Of a stretch of DNA of 63,915 nucleotides, positions 41,765 to 51,977 are shown one piece after another. The position numbers and the translations under genes were made by a program. The DNA comes from Treponema sp. (GTDB lineage: Bacteria; Spirochaetota; Spirochaetia; Treponematales; Treponemataceae). The notes beneath the pieces are model-generated. The model was not told where the DNA came from, ran no database searches, and was given only the letters and a program-made list of their open reading frames with translations. The DNA lies in assembly GCA_017412405.1 (NCBI GenBank), contig JAFPYB010000219.1, positions 1-63,915 of the forward strand. Direction: 5' to 3'. Position 1 is the first letter of the stretch, and every line of letters starts with the position of its first letter.

Positions 41765-42694
41765 TCATTTTGGCGGACGCGCGTATTTTTTGTTTTTCTT
41801 CAAGATTTTTTCCGTGGGCATTTTTATGTCGTCCCGCACAAACGAAGCGAACACGGAATCCTCGGCCTTAACGGCCACAACAACGTCGTAAGCCACCATA
41901 GCCGCGCCGTAGTAGTTCAAGTGCGTGTTGTCGATGGTGTCTGCCTCCTTCATCTTCTGTGCGTGGAATTTTGCCGTTGCCGCGCTGGAAAGGCCTTCAT
42001 ACCGCTCCTTCGTGATTTTTGTCAAATCGACAACAAGGGTGTCGGTCTCTTTTCCAAGCTCAATGATTGCCTGGGCGTAGTTTCCGCCCTTGAATCCGTC
42101 GGAGTCGGCAGTAATGTGAACCGTAGAGCCGCTGTATGTGCCGTTGGGAGAGCGGCGGACAATGGGAGTGCAGAGAATCGGCGTTGCGTTCCTGTCCTTT
42201 GCGAGCTTGACGTATTTTTCGTAAAGCACATTCTTGAACGAGCCTTCTGTCTCCTTGGAGCCGTTGGGGTTTGTGTACCGCTTTTCCTCGCACTTCTCGT
42301 CATTGTGACCAAAGCCGATGATGATGTAGTCGCCCTCGCGGATATTGTCCACCAGCGTGGCATAGTTTTTTTCCGAGAGGAAGCTCTTTGATGAGCGTCC
42401 TGACATGGCAAGGTTGAACACGGTGATTTTGCTCGCGTCAAGGTAGTCTGGAAGCCTTGTTCCGTAGCCGTAGCGAGGATAGAAATAATTGTCGTTGAAC
42501 GCGCTCAGTGTGGAATCACCCACCACAAAAAGGCGGGGACCTTCCACGTTGGGAATCTCGGAAATAGGGACGACTTTCTCAACTTTCTCGTTCGCCACAG
42601 TCGCAGCATCCAGCCTGCTTGCCTTCTGACCTGAAGCAACAGCCGCACACCCCACGGCAACAGCCGCGGCAAGAATAAGAACCTTTTTCATCAT
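41765..42694 (-). CDS. Secreted SGNH esterase, rhamnogalacturonan acetylesterase (CE12)-like
   Basis: GDST, N.AMSGRSSKSF, GFGHND and DNTH. Confidence 0.88.
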   Translation of the reverse strand: MMKKVLILAAAVAVGCAAVASGQKASRLDAATVANEKVEKVVPISEIPNVEGPRLFVVGDSTLSAFNDNYFYPRYGYGTRLPDYLDASKITVFNLAMSGRSSKSFLSEKNYATLVDNIREGDYIIIGFGHNDEKCEEKRYTNPNGSKETEGSFKNVLYEKYVKLAKDRNATPILCTPIVRRSPNGTYSGSTVHITADSDGFKGGNYAQAIIELGKETDTLVVDLTKITKERYEGLSSAATAKFHAQKMKEADTIDNTHLNYYGAAMVAYDVVVAVKAEDSVFASFVRDDIKMPTEKILKKNKKYARPPK

Positions 42695-43713
42695 TTTATT
42701 GCCTCACGCATTTTTGCAATTAAATCTTCGCCATAGATTGTGGCGAACGTATCCATGACAGTGTTGGTCGCAGCCGCGAATTCCTTCAAATTGGGCGTAG
42801 TGATTGTCATTCCGGCTTCCTTGAGCTTATCCACATATGATTCAGTCTGAGCCTTCACGAGCTGGCGATCCAAATCCTGCGCTTTTTTTGCCGCATCGAG
42901 CAAAATCTTCTGGCTTTCCGCGTCAAAGCTGTCCCACAAGCCTTTCCTGATGACCAGGGGCATTGCATCGTAGCTGTGGTTCGTAATCGCAAGATATTTC
43001 TGCTCCTCGAACAACTTGTTGTTGAAGATGACGGGAATTGGGTTTTCCTGGGAATCGAACAAGCCGTCCGTCAACGCCTGCTTGAGTTTCGTGAAGTCGT
43101 AGGGCTTCGGGTTTGCGCCCAAAGTAGACATTGTTTCCATGACAATCTGGTTCGGCGGCGTTCTGATGTTCAATCCTTTCATGTCCGCCACGGATTTTAC
43201 CGGCTTGTTCGTGGTTGTCACGCAGCGGAAGCCGTTGTCATAGTGGGAGAGAACGACCATGTTGAACTCGGCCATCGTCTTGTTCACTTCCTTGATTATG
43301 CCGCTGTCCATGAAACGCCACGCCGACTCAAAATCAGAGAACAGGAACGGAAGCGCGGAGATTCCGATTTTTGTCGCATAGACGGCAAAATTTCCTGCGC
43401 TTGAAACAGTCATGTCAACGGAACCTGCGATGATGCCTGAAATCAAGTCAGCATCGCTTCCCAAGTTTCCGTCCGGATGAATGTCGATGATGATTGCACC
43501 GTCTGAATTTTTCTCGACCTCATCCTTGAACAACTTGGACGCCACGCCGCGCGGGTCTTCCATGTTCGTGGAAAAGCCAAGCTTAATCGTGACAGGTGTT
43601 TTTTCCTTCACCTCAACCTGACTCTCAGCCCCATTCTTCTGTTTTTGTCTGCATCCACAAAACGAAAAAAGAAGAAGCGCACAAATTGCAGAAGATACGA
43701 TTCTTTTAGCCAT
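42691..43713 (-). CDS. TRAP substrate-binding lipoprotein (DctP family)
   Basis: LPFLF, NGFR, D.KGL.IR and D.QENP motifs; lipobox-like SFCGC. Confidence 0.9.
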   Translation of the reverse strand: MAKRIVSSAICALLLFSFCGCRQKQKNGAESQVEVKEKTPVTIKLGFSTNMEDPRGVASKLFKDEVEKNSDGAIIIDIHPDGNLGSDADLISGIIAGSVDMTVSSAGNFAVYATKIGISALPFLFSDFESAWRFMDSGIIKEVNKTMAEFNMVVLSHYDNGFRCVTTTNKPVKSVADMKGLNIRTPPNQIVMETMSTLGANPKPYDFTKLKQALTDGLFDSQENPIPVIFNNKLFEEQKYLAITNHSYDAMPLVIRKGLWDSFDAESQKILLDAAKKAQDLDRQLVKAQTESYVDKLKEAGMTITTPNLKEFAAATNTVMDTFATIYGEDLIAKMREAIK

Positions 43714-45571
43714 AAACAGATTCTCCTACCTCTTTCATATTATTTTCATCAAAAATGGCAAAATTGTTCTTGCCATTCTCCTTCACATAATACAACGCGG
43801 AATCAGCGCGATGGAACAGCTCCTTGTACGTGGTGGCCTGGGCCGGGAACAGCGAGATTCCAATGCTGGACGTGACATGAACCTGCACGTCCCCGCTGGA
43901 ATACGTCTCGTGCATGATGTCCTTCAGGATATGCGCCTTCTCAAAGATGATTTCCATGACTTGCTCTTCCTCCATGGACTGGGGGAGAGCAAGGAACACG
44001 CAGAATTCGTCTCCGCCAATGCGCCCGATGAAATCACGCTCGGAAAAGACAAGATTCAGCTTGTTCGCCGCATCGCAAATGGCCGTGTCCCCGGCGCTGT
44101 GCCCGATTTTGTCGTTCACCTGCTTGAAGTTGTCCAAGTCAACCATATAGAATGCCCCCACGCCGCCCTCTTCGGATTTGAGGAACTCGGTGACGCGCTT
44201 TTCCATGAAAGTCTTGTTGAGCAACCCGGACAACAAATCGGTTTCTGCCATTTCCTTGAGCTGCTGCTCGTGAACCACCTGCTCGTTCACGTTGGTGATG
44301 TTCCCGATGAGCTTGACCGGGTTCTTCTCCTTGTCGTACACCACCGTGCTGGTAAAGCGGTACCACACATAATCGCCTCCGCACAAAACGCGCACTTCGC
44401 ACGAATAGTTCTTTTCACCAGAACTGATGAACTGCTCAAGATAAGTGCGAAGATGCCTCTCCGACTCGTGCAGCTTCTTCTCGATAAGACCAAAATCAGA
44501 AAGAGGAAGGCTGCGCAAGTTCCGACCGAACAGGAACGTTGAGTTGCCCGTGAACTCGATGACTTTCTTCTCAAAGTCGTACTCGTAGATGAGGGTTTGG
44601 TTCGTCTGCGTGGAGACGGCATAGCGCACGTTGTCCTTCTCGATTTTCTCGTTCTGCTTGATGAGCGAGTACATGAACAGGGAGAATGCAAGGAAGGCGA
44701 GGAACACCACGACGATGAGAGCCACCGTGAGCGCGACGATTTTATGGTGCTGAGTGTTGACGTAATCGGCAGTGACCATGGAAAGAACGTACCAGTCGTT
44801 CATGTTGACCGGCGTGTAGACAAGAATGCGCGCCTCGTCATTGATTTTGTAGCTCACGCTGTCGGTCTTGTTCGCCTTGATGTTGTTCCTGATGGTGTTC
44901 AGCTGGAATGTGGAAAGGGCGCTCTTTTCCGCAAGGAACGAAAGCCAGTTCTCGTCAAAGCACAGCCTGCGCTTGCTCTTGCTCCCCACAAGGATGCGCC
45001 CAGTGCTGTCAACAAGGAACGAATATCCGCTTCCGCTGAACGTGTCCACTGAGAAGATGTTGTCAAGAATCGAATAGGAGAATGTGCCGGTGATGACACC
45101 GACAACCTTCTGCTTTTGGAAAATGGGCACGGCAAGGGTGAGGACCTTTTCGCCGTCCTCGTCGATGAGAATGTTTGACGATACTTGTGCCGTCCCCTGC
45201 ATGGCCTTTCGGAAATAATCGGTCATGAAGATGTTGCCCGACGATTTTCCGTCGGAATTCAGCGTCATACCGGTGGAATTTGCCACGGCTATGCGCTTGA
45301 ACTCGCCAACGCCTTTTGTGGCCATGATTGCCCGCTTTATCTCGTTGTAATCGTCCATGTCGATGTCGATAAAATACCGCGCCTGGCTCTCCAGCATGAA
45401 AAGCTGGTCATTCAACTTGACCTTGAACGTTCCTGCATACAAGATTGCCGTTTCCTCAAGAAAAGCGGACGAATTATTGTAAACGGTGGAGCTTATGCGC
45501 CTCTGAAAAACAAAGAACGAGAATCCAATAACCGCAAGCAGAACAATTATGAAAACCAACCGACGTTTCAT
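43706..45571 (-). CDS. Diguanylate cyclase with Cache-like periplasmic and PAS-like domains
   Basis: TM-periplasmic (DYF.KAM.G, AVPI)-TM, PAS-like segment, RIGGDEF. Confidence 0.92.
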   Translation of the reverse strand: MKRRLVFIIVLLAVIGFSFFVFQRRISSTVYNNSSAFLEETAILYAGTFKVKLNDQLFMLESQARYFIDIDMDDYNEIKRAIMATKGVGEFKRIAVANSTGMTLNSDGKSSGNIFMTDYFRKAMQGTAQVSSNILIDEDGEKVLTLAVPIFQKQKVVGVITGTFSYSILDNIFSVDTFSGSGYSFLVDSTGRILVGSKSKRRLCFDENWLSFLAEKSALSTFQLNTIRNNIKANKTDSVSYKINDEARILVYTPVNMNDWYVLSMVTADYVNTQHHKIVALTVALIVVVFLAFLAFSLFMYSLIKQNEKIEKDNVRYAVSTQTNQTLIYEYDFEKKVIEFTGNSTFLFGRNLRSLPLSDFGLIEKKLHESERHLRTYLEQFISSGEKNYSCEVRVLCGGDYVWYRFTSTVVYDKEKNPVKLIGNITNVNEQVVHEQQLKEMAETDLLSGLLNKTFMEKRVTEFLKSEEGGVGAFYMVDLDNFKQVNDKIGHSAGDTAICDAANKLNLVFSERDFIGRIGGDEFCVFLALPQSMEEEQVMEIIFEKAHILKDIMHETYSSGDVQVHVTSSIGISLFPAQATTYKELFHRADSALYYVKENGKNNFAIFDENNMKEVGESVYG

Positions 45572-45751
45572 ATGTTACCCCTCAACCACTATTCAAAGTT
45601 ATCATTTTAACCCACAAATTTCTATTCGTCAAATTCAAACCGCACCTTAACATCTTAAACGCCCGGAAAAAATGTCATTCAAACCGCGCTCACTTGCGTT
45701 CGCTCCGCCGGAAAATGCCCCCCCCGTGTCAGACTGTTTGGTTCGACTCCG

Positions 45752-45981
45752 CCCGAGAGAGCAACACGTTCCAAGCCAAGAACCCATTGCTCCCCAGAAC
45801 GCGCCCGCGAGTTTTGCGAAGCAAAATCTCGCAGAAGTTCGCCGTAGGCGAATCTTCCAAGTTCGCCCCAGCCCCGAGAAAGCAATGCGTCCCAAATCCA
45901 AGAACTTACTGCTCCCCAGAACGCGCCCGCGAGTTTTGCGAAGCAAAATCTCGCGAGAAGTTCGCCGTTAGGCGAATCTTC
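45752..45981. repeat. Tandem pair of about 107-bp units, each with two hairpins
   Basis: Units 45752-45857 and 45873-45981 share tgctccccagaacgcgcccgcgagttttgcgaagcaaaatctcgc and gaagttcgccgt(t)aggcgaatcttc. Confidence 0.85.
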
Positions 45982-46061
45982 ATGATTCTCACACTTCGGA
46001 GAAAATGATACACTAAAAGCCGTCATTTTCATTACCAATAGGACACATTCAGGAGAAAATT

Positions 46062-48602
46062 ATGTACCCATTCCAAACGATTGAGCCGAAATGGCAGAAA
46101 TATTGGGCGGACAACAAGACGTTCCGCGCCGTAGAAGACGAAAGCGTTCCGAAGGAAAAACGCCGCTACGTTTTGGACATGTTCCCCTACCCGTCGGGCG
46201 CGGGCCTGCACGTGGGCCATCCAGAGGGCTACACTGCCACGGACATATACTCGCGCTACCTGCGCATGAACGGCTACAACGTCCTGCACCCCATGGGCTA
46301 CGACGCTTTCGGGCTTCCTGCGGAGAACTACGCCATAAAGACGGGAACGCACCCCGCAGAAACCACCTTCAAGAACATTGCGCATTTTTCCGAGCAGATA
46401 AAGGCCCTGGGATTCAGCTACGACTGGGACCGCGAAATCAAGACCTGCACGCCCGACTACTACAAGTGGACACAGTGGATTTTCCTCCAGCTCTACAAGA
46501 AGGGGCTGGCATACGAAGCGGAGACGCCGATAAACTGGTGTCCGTCCTGCATGACGGGCCTTGCCAACGAGGAAGTGAAAGAAGGTCACTGCGACCGCTG
46601 CGGCGCACAAGTGACCCACAAGGTCATACGCCAGTGGATTTTGAAGATTACCGCATATGCAGACCGACTCATCGAAGATTTGGACGGACTGGACTGGCCG
46701 GAGAGCGTAAAGGCCATGCAGCGCAACTGGATTGGACGGAGCGAGGGAGCGGAAGTCGATTTTTCCATCGCGGACAAGGACGGAAAGCCCACCGGCGACA
46801 AGCTCACGGTATACACCACTCGATGCGACACGCTTTTTGGCGCAACGTACATGGTAGTCTCTCCGGAACACCCTCTCATCGAAAAGCTCACGACGACCGA
46901 GCAGAAGGAAGCCGTGGAGAAATACCGGGAGGAGGCCGCAAAAAAGAGCGACCTTGAGCGCACAGACCTTGCCAAGACGAAGACGGGCGTTTTCTCAGGA
47001 AGCTACGCCGTGAACCCGGTGAACGGAAAGTGCATTCCAATCTGGGTGGCAGACTATGTTTTGATTTCATACGGAACCGGAGCAATCATGGCGGTTCCAG
47101 CCCACGGCACCCGCGACTGGGAATTTGCCAAGAAATTCGGTCTTCCCATAATCGAAGTCCTGAAAAGCGAAGTCGATGTTCAGAATGAGGCTTGGACACA
47201 GGACGGAATCCATGTGAACTCGGAATTCTTGGACGGATTGAACAAGAAGGACGCAATCGCAAAAATGCTTTCGTTCCTCGAAGAGAAGAAAATCGGGAAG
47301 AAGGCCGTGAACTACAAGCTGCGCGACTGGGTTTTCAGCCGCCAGCGGTACTGGGGGGAGCCGATTCCCCTCGTCCACTGCCCCAAGTGCGGCACCGTGC
47401 CGGTTCCAGAAAACGAGCTTCCGCTGGAACTCCCAGCGGTCAAGACATACCAGCCAACAGGAACCGGGGAGTCGCCCCTTGCAGGCATAGACTCGTGGGT
47501 GAACTGCAAATGCCCGAAATGCGGCGGAAACGCACGGCGCGAGACAAACACAATGCCCCAGTGGGCAGGTTCGTGCTGGTACTATCTGCGCTACATTGAC
47601 CCTGCGAACGAACTTTCGTTCTGCGACAAGAAAAAAGAATCGTACTGGATGCCCGTGGATTTGTACGTTGGCGGCGCGGAACATGCCGTCCTGCACCTGC
47701 TCTACGCGCGGTTCTGGCACAAAGTCCTCTACGACTGCGGCGTTGTCTCCACAAAAGAGCCGTTCCAGCGTCTCATAAACCAGGGAATGATTACGTCCTT
47801 CGCGTTCCAGAGAAAGACCAAATCCCTGGTGGCGGTGGATGCCGTGGAAGAGCGCGACGGAAAATACTACGCAAAGGACGACGGCGAGGAGCTTGAGCGG
47901 GTTGTGGCAAAAATGTCAAAATCCCTCAAGAACGTTGTGAACCCGGACGAGATGATTCAGGCATACGGCGCGGACAGCGTGCGCATGTACGAAATGTTCA
48001 TGGGGCCTTTCACAGTCTCAAAGCCCTGGGACACACAGGGGCTTGTGGGTATCAACAGATTCCTTGACAAAGTGTGGAAAGTCTCGGAAAAGCCGATGGC
48101 GGACGTGGACATCACGGGAAAGCTGGACAAGGACTTGGCCGCGCTCAGAAAAACATACGCAAAGACCGTGAAAAAAGTGAGCGAGGACACGGCGAACCTG
48201 GATTTCAACGTGGCAATCAGCCAGATGATGATTTTCATAAACGAAGCGTCCAAGCTGGACTCCATCCCGAAAGCGATGTGGGAAGGATTCGTGCTGCTCC
48301 TCTCCCCATACGCGCCGCATCTGGGCGTGGAACTGTGGCAGAAGCTCGGCCACGACAAGACCAACGCCTACGAGAAGTGGCCGGTGTTCAGCGAGGAGTT
48401 CTGCAAGGAAGATTCCAAAGAATTCGTCGTGATGATCAACGGAAAGCTCCGCGCAAAATTCGACGCAAGCCCGGACGCGGATTCCGCCACCCTTGAAAAG
48501 ATGGCGCGGGAAACCGAGGGCTTCAAGAAGTTCACGGAAGGAAAAACCGTGGCAAAAATCATCGTCGTTCCGGGAAAGCTCGTGAACGTGGTGGTAAAGT
48601 AA
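46062..48602 (+). CDS. leuS: Leucine--tRNA ligase
   Basis: MFPYPSG.GLHVGH, SRQRYWG.PIP, GGAEHA and KMSKS. Confidence 0.98.
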   Translation: MYPFQTIEPKWQKYWADNKTFRAVEDESVPKEKRRYVLDMFPYPSGAGLHVGHPEGYTATDIYSRYLRMNGYNVLHPMGYDAFGLPAENYAIKTGTHPAETTFKNIAHFSEQIKALGFSYDWDREIKTCTPDYYKWTQWIFLQLYKKGLAYEAETPINWCPSCMTGLANEEVKEGHCDRCGAQVTHKVIRQWILKITAYADRLIEDLDGLDWPESVKAMQRNWIGRSEGAEVDFSIADKDGKPTGDKLTVYTTRCDTLFGATYMVVSPEHPLIEKLTTTEQKEAVEKYREEAAKKSDLERTDLAKTKTGVFSGSYAVNPVNGKCIPIWVADYVLISYGTGAIMAVPAHGTRDWEFAKKFGLPIIEVLKSEVDVQNEAWTQDGIHVNSEFLDGLNKKDAIAKMLSFLEEKKIGKKAVNYKLRDWVFSRQRYWGEPIPLVHCPKCGTVPVPENELPLELPAVKTYQPTGTGESPLAGIDSWVNCKCPKCGGNARRETNTMPQWAGSCWYYLRYIDPANELSFCDKKKESYWMPVDLYVGGAEHAVLHLLYARFWHKVLYDCGVVSTKEPFQRLINQGMITSFAFQRKTKSLVAVDAVEERDGKYYAKDDGEELERVVAKMSKSLKNVVNPDEMIQAYGADSVRMYEMFMGPFTVSKPWDTQGLVGINRFLDKVWKVSEKPMADVDITGKLDKDLAALRKTYAKTVKKVSEDTANLDFNVAISQMMIFINEASKLDSIPKAMWEGFVLLLSPYAPHLGVELWQKLGHDKTNAYEKWPVFSEEFCKEDSKEFVVMINGKLRAKFDASPDADSATLEKMARETEGFKKFTEGKTVAKIIVVPGKLVNVVVK

Positions 48603-48645
48603 AATAAAAGTAAATCAAGCCGAAACGAGTCCTAGATGACACACC

Positions 48646-48754
48646 GTCATGTTAAACTTGTTTCGGCATCTCGACGCTGCAGATAGCGTAGATGCTGAAA
48701 CTGTCATCCTGAACTTGATTCAGGATCAGCATGACACTTGCTTCTAGGCCAGCC
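48646..48754 (+). repeat. 109-bp dispersed palindromic repeat, copy 2
   Basis: Matches the reverse complement of 29899..30007. Confidence 0.85.
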
Positions 48755-48780
48755 ACTTTTTTATGGGTCATCCACAAAAG

Positions 48781-48804
48781 CCGCGCAAAAATTTGCGCAA
48801 GCGT
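48781..48804 (+). repeat. 24-bp direct repeat, left
   Basis: ccgcgcaaaaatttgcgcaagcgt, identical at 51952..51975. Confidence 0.85.
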
Positions 48805-48834
48805 TGTAGTGGAAGCAGAATTTTTTCCAATGTG

Positions 48835-49179
48835 CTACCCTTTTATAATCAATTCATCGATTGCGTCATTTATTTTCTTTTGGATTTCGTCACCAAGTCT
48901 TTGTCTCAGTTTTTTCAGCTCCGCATTGCGCAAGTACATTTGATTTTTTTCTCCATTCTCGCTGAAATCGTGATCGATAAAAAGCGAAGCAACAGGAATC
49001 TGAAAAATCTCCGCCATGTTTTCTATTTTTTCAAGGGACATTCCTCTTTGCCCAGATTCCACAAGCGTCAAAAATGACGGCGTAAGCTCCAATACATCGG
49101 CAAGATACACCTGCGTCCATCCACGCGAAGTTCTCAGTCTGCGAATATTGTTGCCAAGAATTTTCTTTATCTGCCCCAT
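48835..49179 (-). CDS. XRE-family HTH regulator
   Basis: LGNNIRRLR..RGWTQ..LA...VESG.R. Confidence 0.9.
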   Translation of the reverse strand: MGQIKKILGNNIRRLRTSRGWTQVYLADVLELTPSFLTLVESGQRGMSLEKIENMAEIFQIPVASLFIDHDFSENGEKNQMYLRNAELKKLRQRLGDEIQKKINDAIDELIIKG

Positions 49180-49212
49180 AGAACTATACTATTACGGAAA
49201 GTTTGCCCCCTA

Positions 49213-49240
49213 TTGACTTTGCGTAACATCTTGTTATTAT
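49213..49240 (+). promoter_or_regulatory. Putative promoter of the acetylation cassette
   Basis: TTGACT, 16-nt spacer, TATTAT preceded by TGn. Confidence 0.45.
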
Positions 49241-49290
49241 TAAAGTAAATTTTTCACTAACTAAAAGTAATATTTACACAAGGAAAAAAT

Positions 49291-50496
49291 ATGGAATATG
49301 AAACACACAAAAAAAAATCGATTAAAAAGGCTTTTGTTTTTCTGCCTTTTATTTTGGTTGTCTACAATCCCTTGTTCTTAAAAACTATCCAAAAACTGGG
49401 ATTAACAACACACTCTTTTCAAGGCTCTTTAATCGGATATACAGATTACAACGCAAAACCGCAATTTTCCAAAAAAAACTACGCAAGTGGCACTTTTCAA
49501 CGAGATTTTGAAAAATGGCTTCCCGAGCATATATGTTTTCGAAGCTACTACATCCGATTTTACAATCAAATCTGTTTTTCCTTGTTCAGGCAGAACAACC
49601 GAGTTCTTGGAAAGCACAACAATATTTTCGAGAGCGTTTACATAGAAACGGAATGTGGACTTCAACCGACCAGCGATTTTAGGGATGCCAAGAATTATAA
49701 GATGATGGAAGAGTATGTGGAACATCTTGAGCACATTCAAAAAAAACTTGAGAAAATAGGCAAACATCTTATCTTTTACAATACACCGTCAAAGGCAACG
49801 GTCAACTACAATGACATTCCGCTTAAATTTCGTCTAAAAAAAGATGCGGACTATATTCCACCGTATGTTTACCTGAAAGGACTGCTGAAAAAGACGGGCA
49901 TTCCATATCTTGATTCACGCGATTTTTTTTCGACAGACGGAATCCCCGACTTCTACCCAACAGGAATCCATTGGGCACGGCCGATAGAGCAGAGGATGTC
50001 AAAAGCGCTCGTTGAAAAAATGGAGGAAATCTCCGGAAAAAAATTCCCCGAAATCATGCTTCATAAAATGAAATCCTCAGAAAAACCATTTTGGAGGGAT
50101 GCCGATGTGTTCAACTTATCAAACACAATGATGGAACCAAGAGGAACATACTTTGAATATGAATCGGAATTTTCGGTTGCGGATGATTGCACTGTTCCAG
50201 TGTATTTGCTGCAGGGCGGCTCGTTTGCGGAAGGGTTTTATTACAAGGATTATGAGCATTTCAAAGAAAATTCCTACAACATTTTTTACAACAGGGTTCT
50301 ACGCAACGATTCCCAGCTTCATGGATACAGGCAGTTTTCTTCATGGGAAGAAATCGATTTTGCGGCAATTCTTGAAAACATTGAATTTGTCATCATCGAG
50401 CAGAATGAAGCCGTCATTCCCTCTTTTTCAGATGGATTCGTGGCATATTTTGACTCATTTTTGACTTCATACATCGAACAAAAAGGAGCATTGTAA
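49291..50496 (+). CDS. AlgJ/AlgX-like periplasmic O-acetyltransferase
   Basis: GTFQ..FE.W, PSKA and HW motifs; N-terminal anchor; translationally coupled to the MBOAT gene. Confidence 0.7.
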   Translation: MEYETHKKKSIKKAFVFLPFILVVYNPLFLKTIQKLGLTTHSFQGSLIGYTDYNAKPQFSKKNYASGTFQRDFEKWLPEHICFRSYYIRFYNQICFSLFRQNNRVLGKHNNIFESVYIETECGLQPTSDFRDAKNYKMMEEYVEHLEHIQKKLEKIGKHLIFYNTPSKATVNYNDIPLKFRLKKDADYIPPYVYLKGLLKKTGIPYLDSRDFFSTDGIPDFYPTGIHWARPIEQRMSKALVEKMEEISGKKFPEIMLHKMKSSEKPFWRDADVFNLSNTMMEPRGTYFEYESEFSVADDCTVPVYLLQGGSFAEGFYYKDYEHFKENSYNIFYNRVLRNDSQLHGYRQFSSWEEIDFAAILENIEFVIIEQNEAVIPSFSDGFVAYFDSFLTSYIEQKGAL

Positions 50497-51881
50497 TGGT
50501 ATTCAGTTCCACAATTTTCTTGTTTGCATTTCTTCCAGCAGTCCTCGCAGTTTATTATATAATCAATCCAAAATACCAGAATGTATGTTTGCTTTTTTCG
50601 TCTTTGTTCTTTTATTCGTGGGGCGAACCAAAAAAAATCCTCGTCATGCTTTTTTCGATATTTTTGAACTATTGCGCCGCGTTTTTCATCGACACGTTCC
50701 ACAAAAAGCGTCTTCTCCAAAATTCGATTTTTGTTGCTGCCGTTTTGTGCAATATCGGAATTCTCTTTTTCTTCAAATATATTGATTTTTTCATTCAGAA
50801 TGTCAATTTCATAATCCATAGCAATATACCGAAGACAAATATCGCGATGCCCATCGGAATTTCGTTCTTCACTTTCCAAAGTCTTTCGTATGTGATTGAT
50901 GTGAAGCGAAAAAAAGTCACAGTGCAGAAAAATCCGCTCGACTTGGGATTGTACATTTCGTTTTTTCCACAACTGATTGCAGGTCCAATCGTACGCTACA
51001 TCGACATAAACCAGCAACTGCACGTTAGGCATACTGGAATCCAGGAATTCAGCGAAGGTTGTTCACGGTTCATGGCAGGATTTTCGAAAAAAATTCTCCT
51101 TGCAGATCAACTTGCCCCATACATCGACACAATTTTTGCACAAAACGGGATTTCCGCACCGTCAGCATGGTTCGGTCTCATTGCATACACACTACAAATC
51201 TACTTTGATTTTTCGGGATATTCAGACATGGCAATCGGGTTGGGAAAAATGTTCGGTTTCGATTTTCCGGAGAATTTTGACTATCCATACATCGCAAAAT
51301 CCGTAAAAGAATTCTGGCGAAGATGGCATATTTCGCTTTCGCATTGGTTTCGGGATTACGTGTACATCCCGCTCGGCGGAAGCCGGCACGGCACGATGCG
51401 CACATATATCAATCTGCTTGTCGTATGGGGATTGACAGGATTTTGGCATGGCGCAAGCTGGAATTTCATTTTTTGGGGATTGTATTATTTCGCTTTTCTC
51501 GCGCTGGAGCGGTTTTGGTGGAAAAAAATACTTTCAAAACTGCCCACCGCTGTTCAGCATTTTTACACAATATCCGTTGTTTCAATAGGCTGGCTTTTGT
51601 TCCGCGCGGAAGGACCAAGAGCCGTCATAAAATATGCGAGAAGTCTTTTTAGGCTTTCTAGCTCAATGTGGGTGGACTTTGTGTACATAATCGACAGAAA
51701 ATGCATTTTCTTCGTCTTGCTCGGAATAATATTCTCAATACCGACAAAACAATTTCTCTTATCAAGAATAGGAAGAAAAAGCGATAGCGTACACAATTGC
51801 CTTCTGTTCACCACATTTGTGGTGGCAATCGCTTTTTTGCTTGGAACTGGATTTTCACCTTTCCTGTATTTTCGGTTCTAG
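50496..51881 (+). CDS. MBOAT O-acyltransferase (AlgI/PatA/DltB family)
   Basis: PIGISFFTF, FFPQLIAGPI, DFSGYSDMAIG, FWRRWHISLS and GFWHGA. Confidence 0.95.
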   Translation: MVFSSTIFLFAFLPAVLAVYYIINPKYQNVCLLFSSLFFYSWGEPKKILVMLFSIFLNYCAAFFIDTFHKKRLLQNSIFVAAVLCNIGILFFFKYIDFFIQNVNFIIHSNIPKTNIAMPIGISFFTFQSLSYVIDVKRKKVTVQKNPLDLGLYISFFPQLIAGPIVRYIDINQQLHVRHTGIQEFSEGCSRFMAGFSKKILLADQLAPYIDTIFAQNGISAPSAWFGLIAYTLQIYFDFSGYSDMAIGLGKMFGFDFPENFDYPYIAKSVKEFWRRWHISLSHWFRDYVYIPLGGSRHGTMRTYINLLVVWGLTGFWHGASWNFIFWGLYYFAFLALERFWWKKILSKLPTAVQHFYTISVVSIGWLLFRAEGPRAVIKYARSLFRLSSSMWVDFVYIIDRKCIFFVLLGIIFSIPTKQFLLSRIGRKSDSVHNCLLFTTFVVAIAFLLGTGFSPFLYFRF

Positions 51882-51951
51882 GCAGCACATTTTGCAGGAT
51901 GTTTTTTTCGGGCAACGGACAAACCTCCCGTCCGTCACCCGCTTGAAAGAA

Positions 51952-51975
51952 CCGCGCAAAAATTTGCGCAAGCGT
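51952..51975 (+). repeat. 24-bp direct repeat, right
   Basis: Identical to 48781..48804. Confidence 0.85.
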
Positions 51976-51977
51976 GG

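Noticed and set aside
45610-46061. T-box riboswitch upstream of leuS
   Set aside because: No T-box consensus or terminator/antiterminator seen; the hairpins match dispersed REP-like repeats
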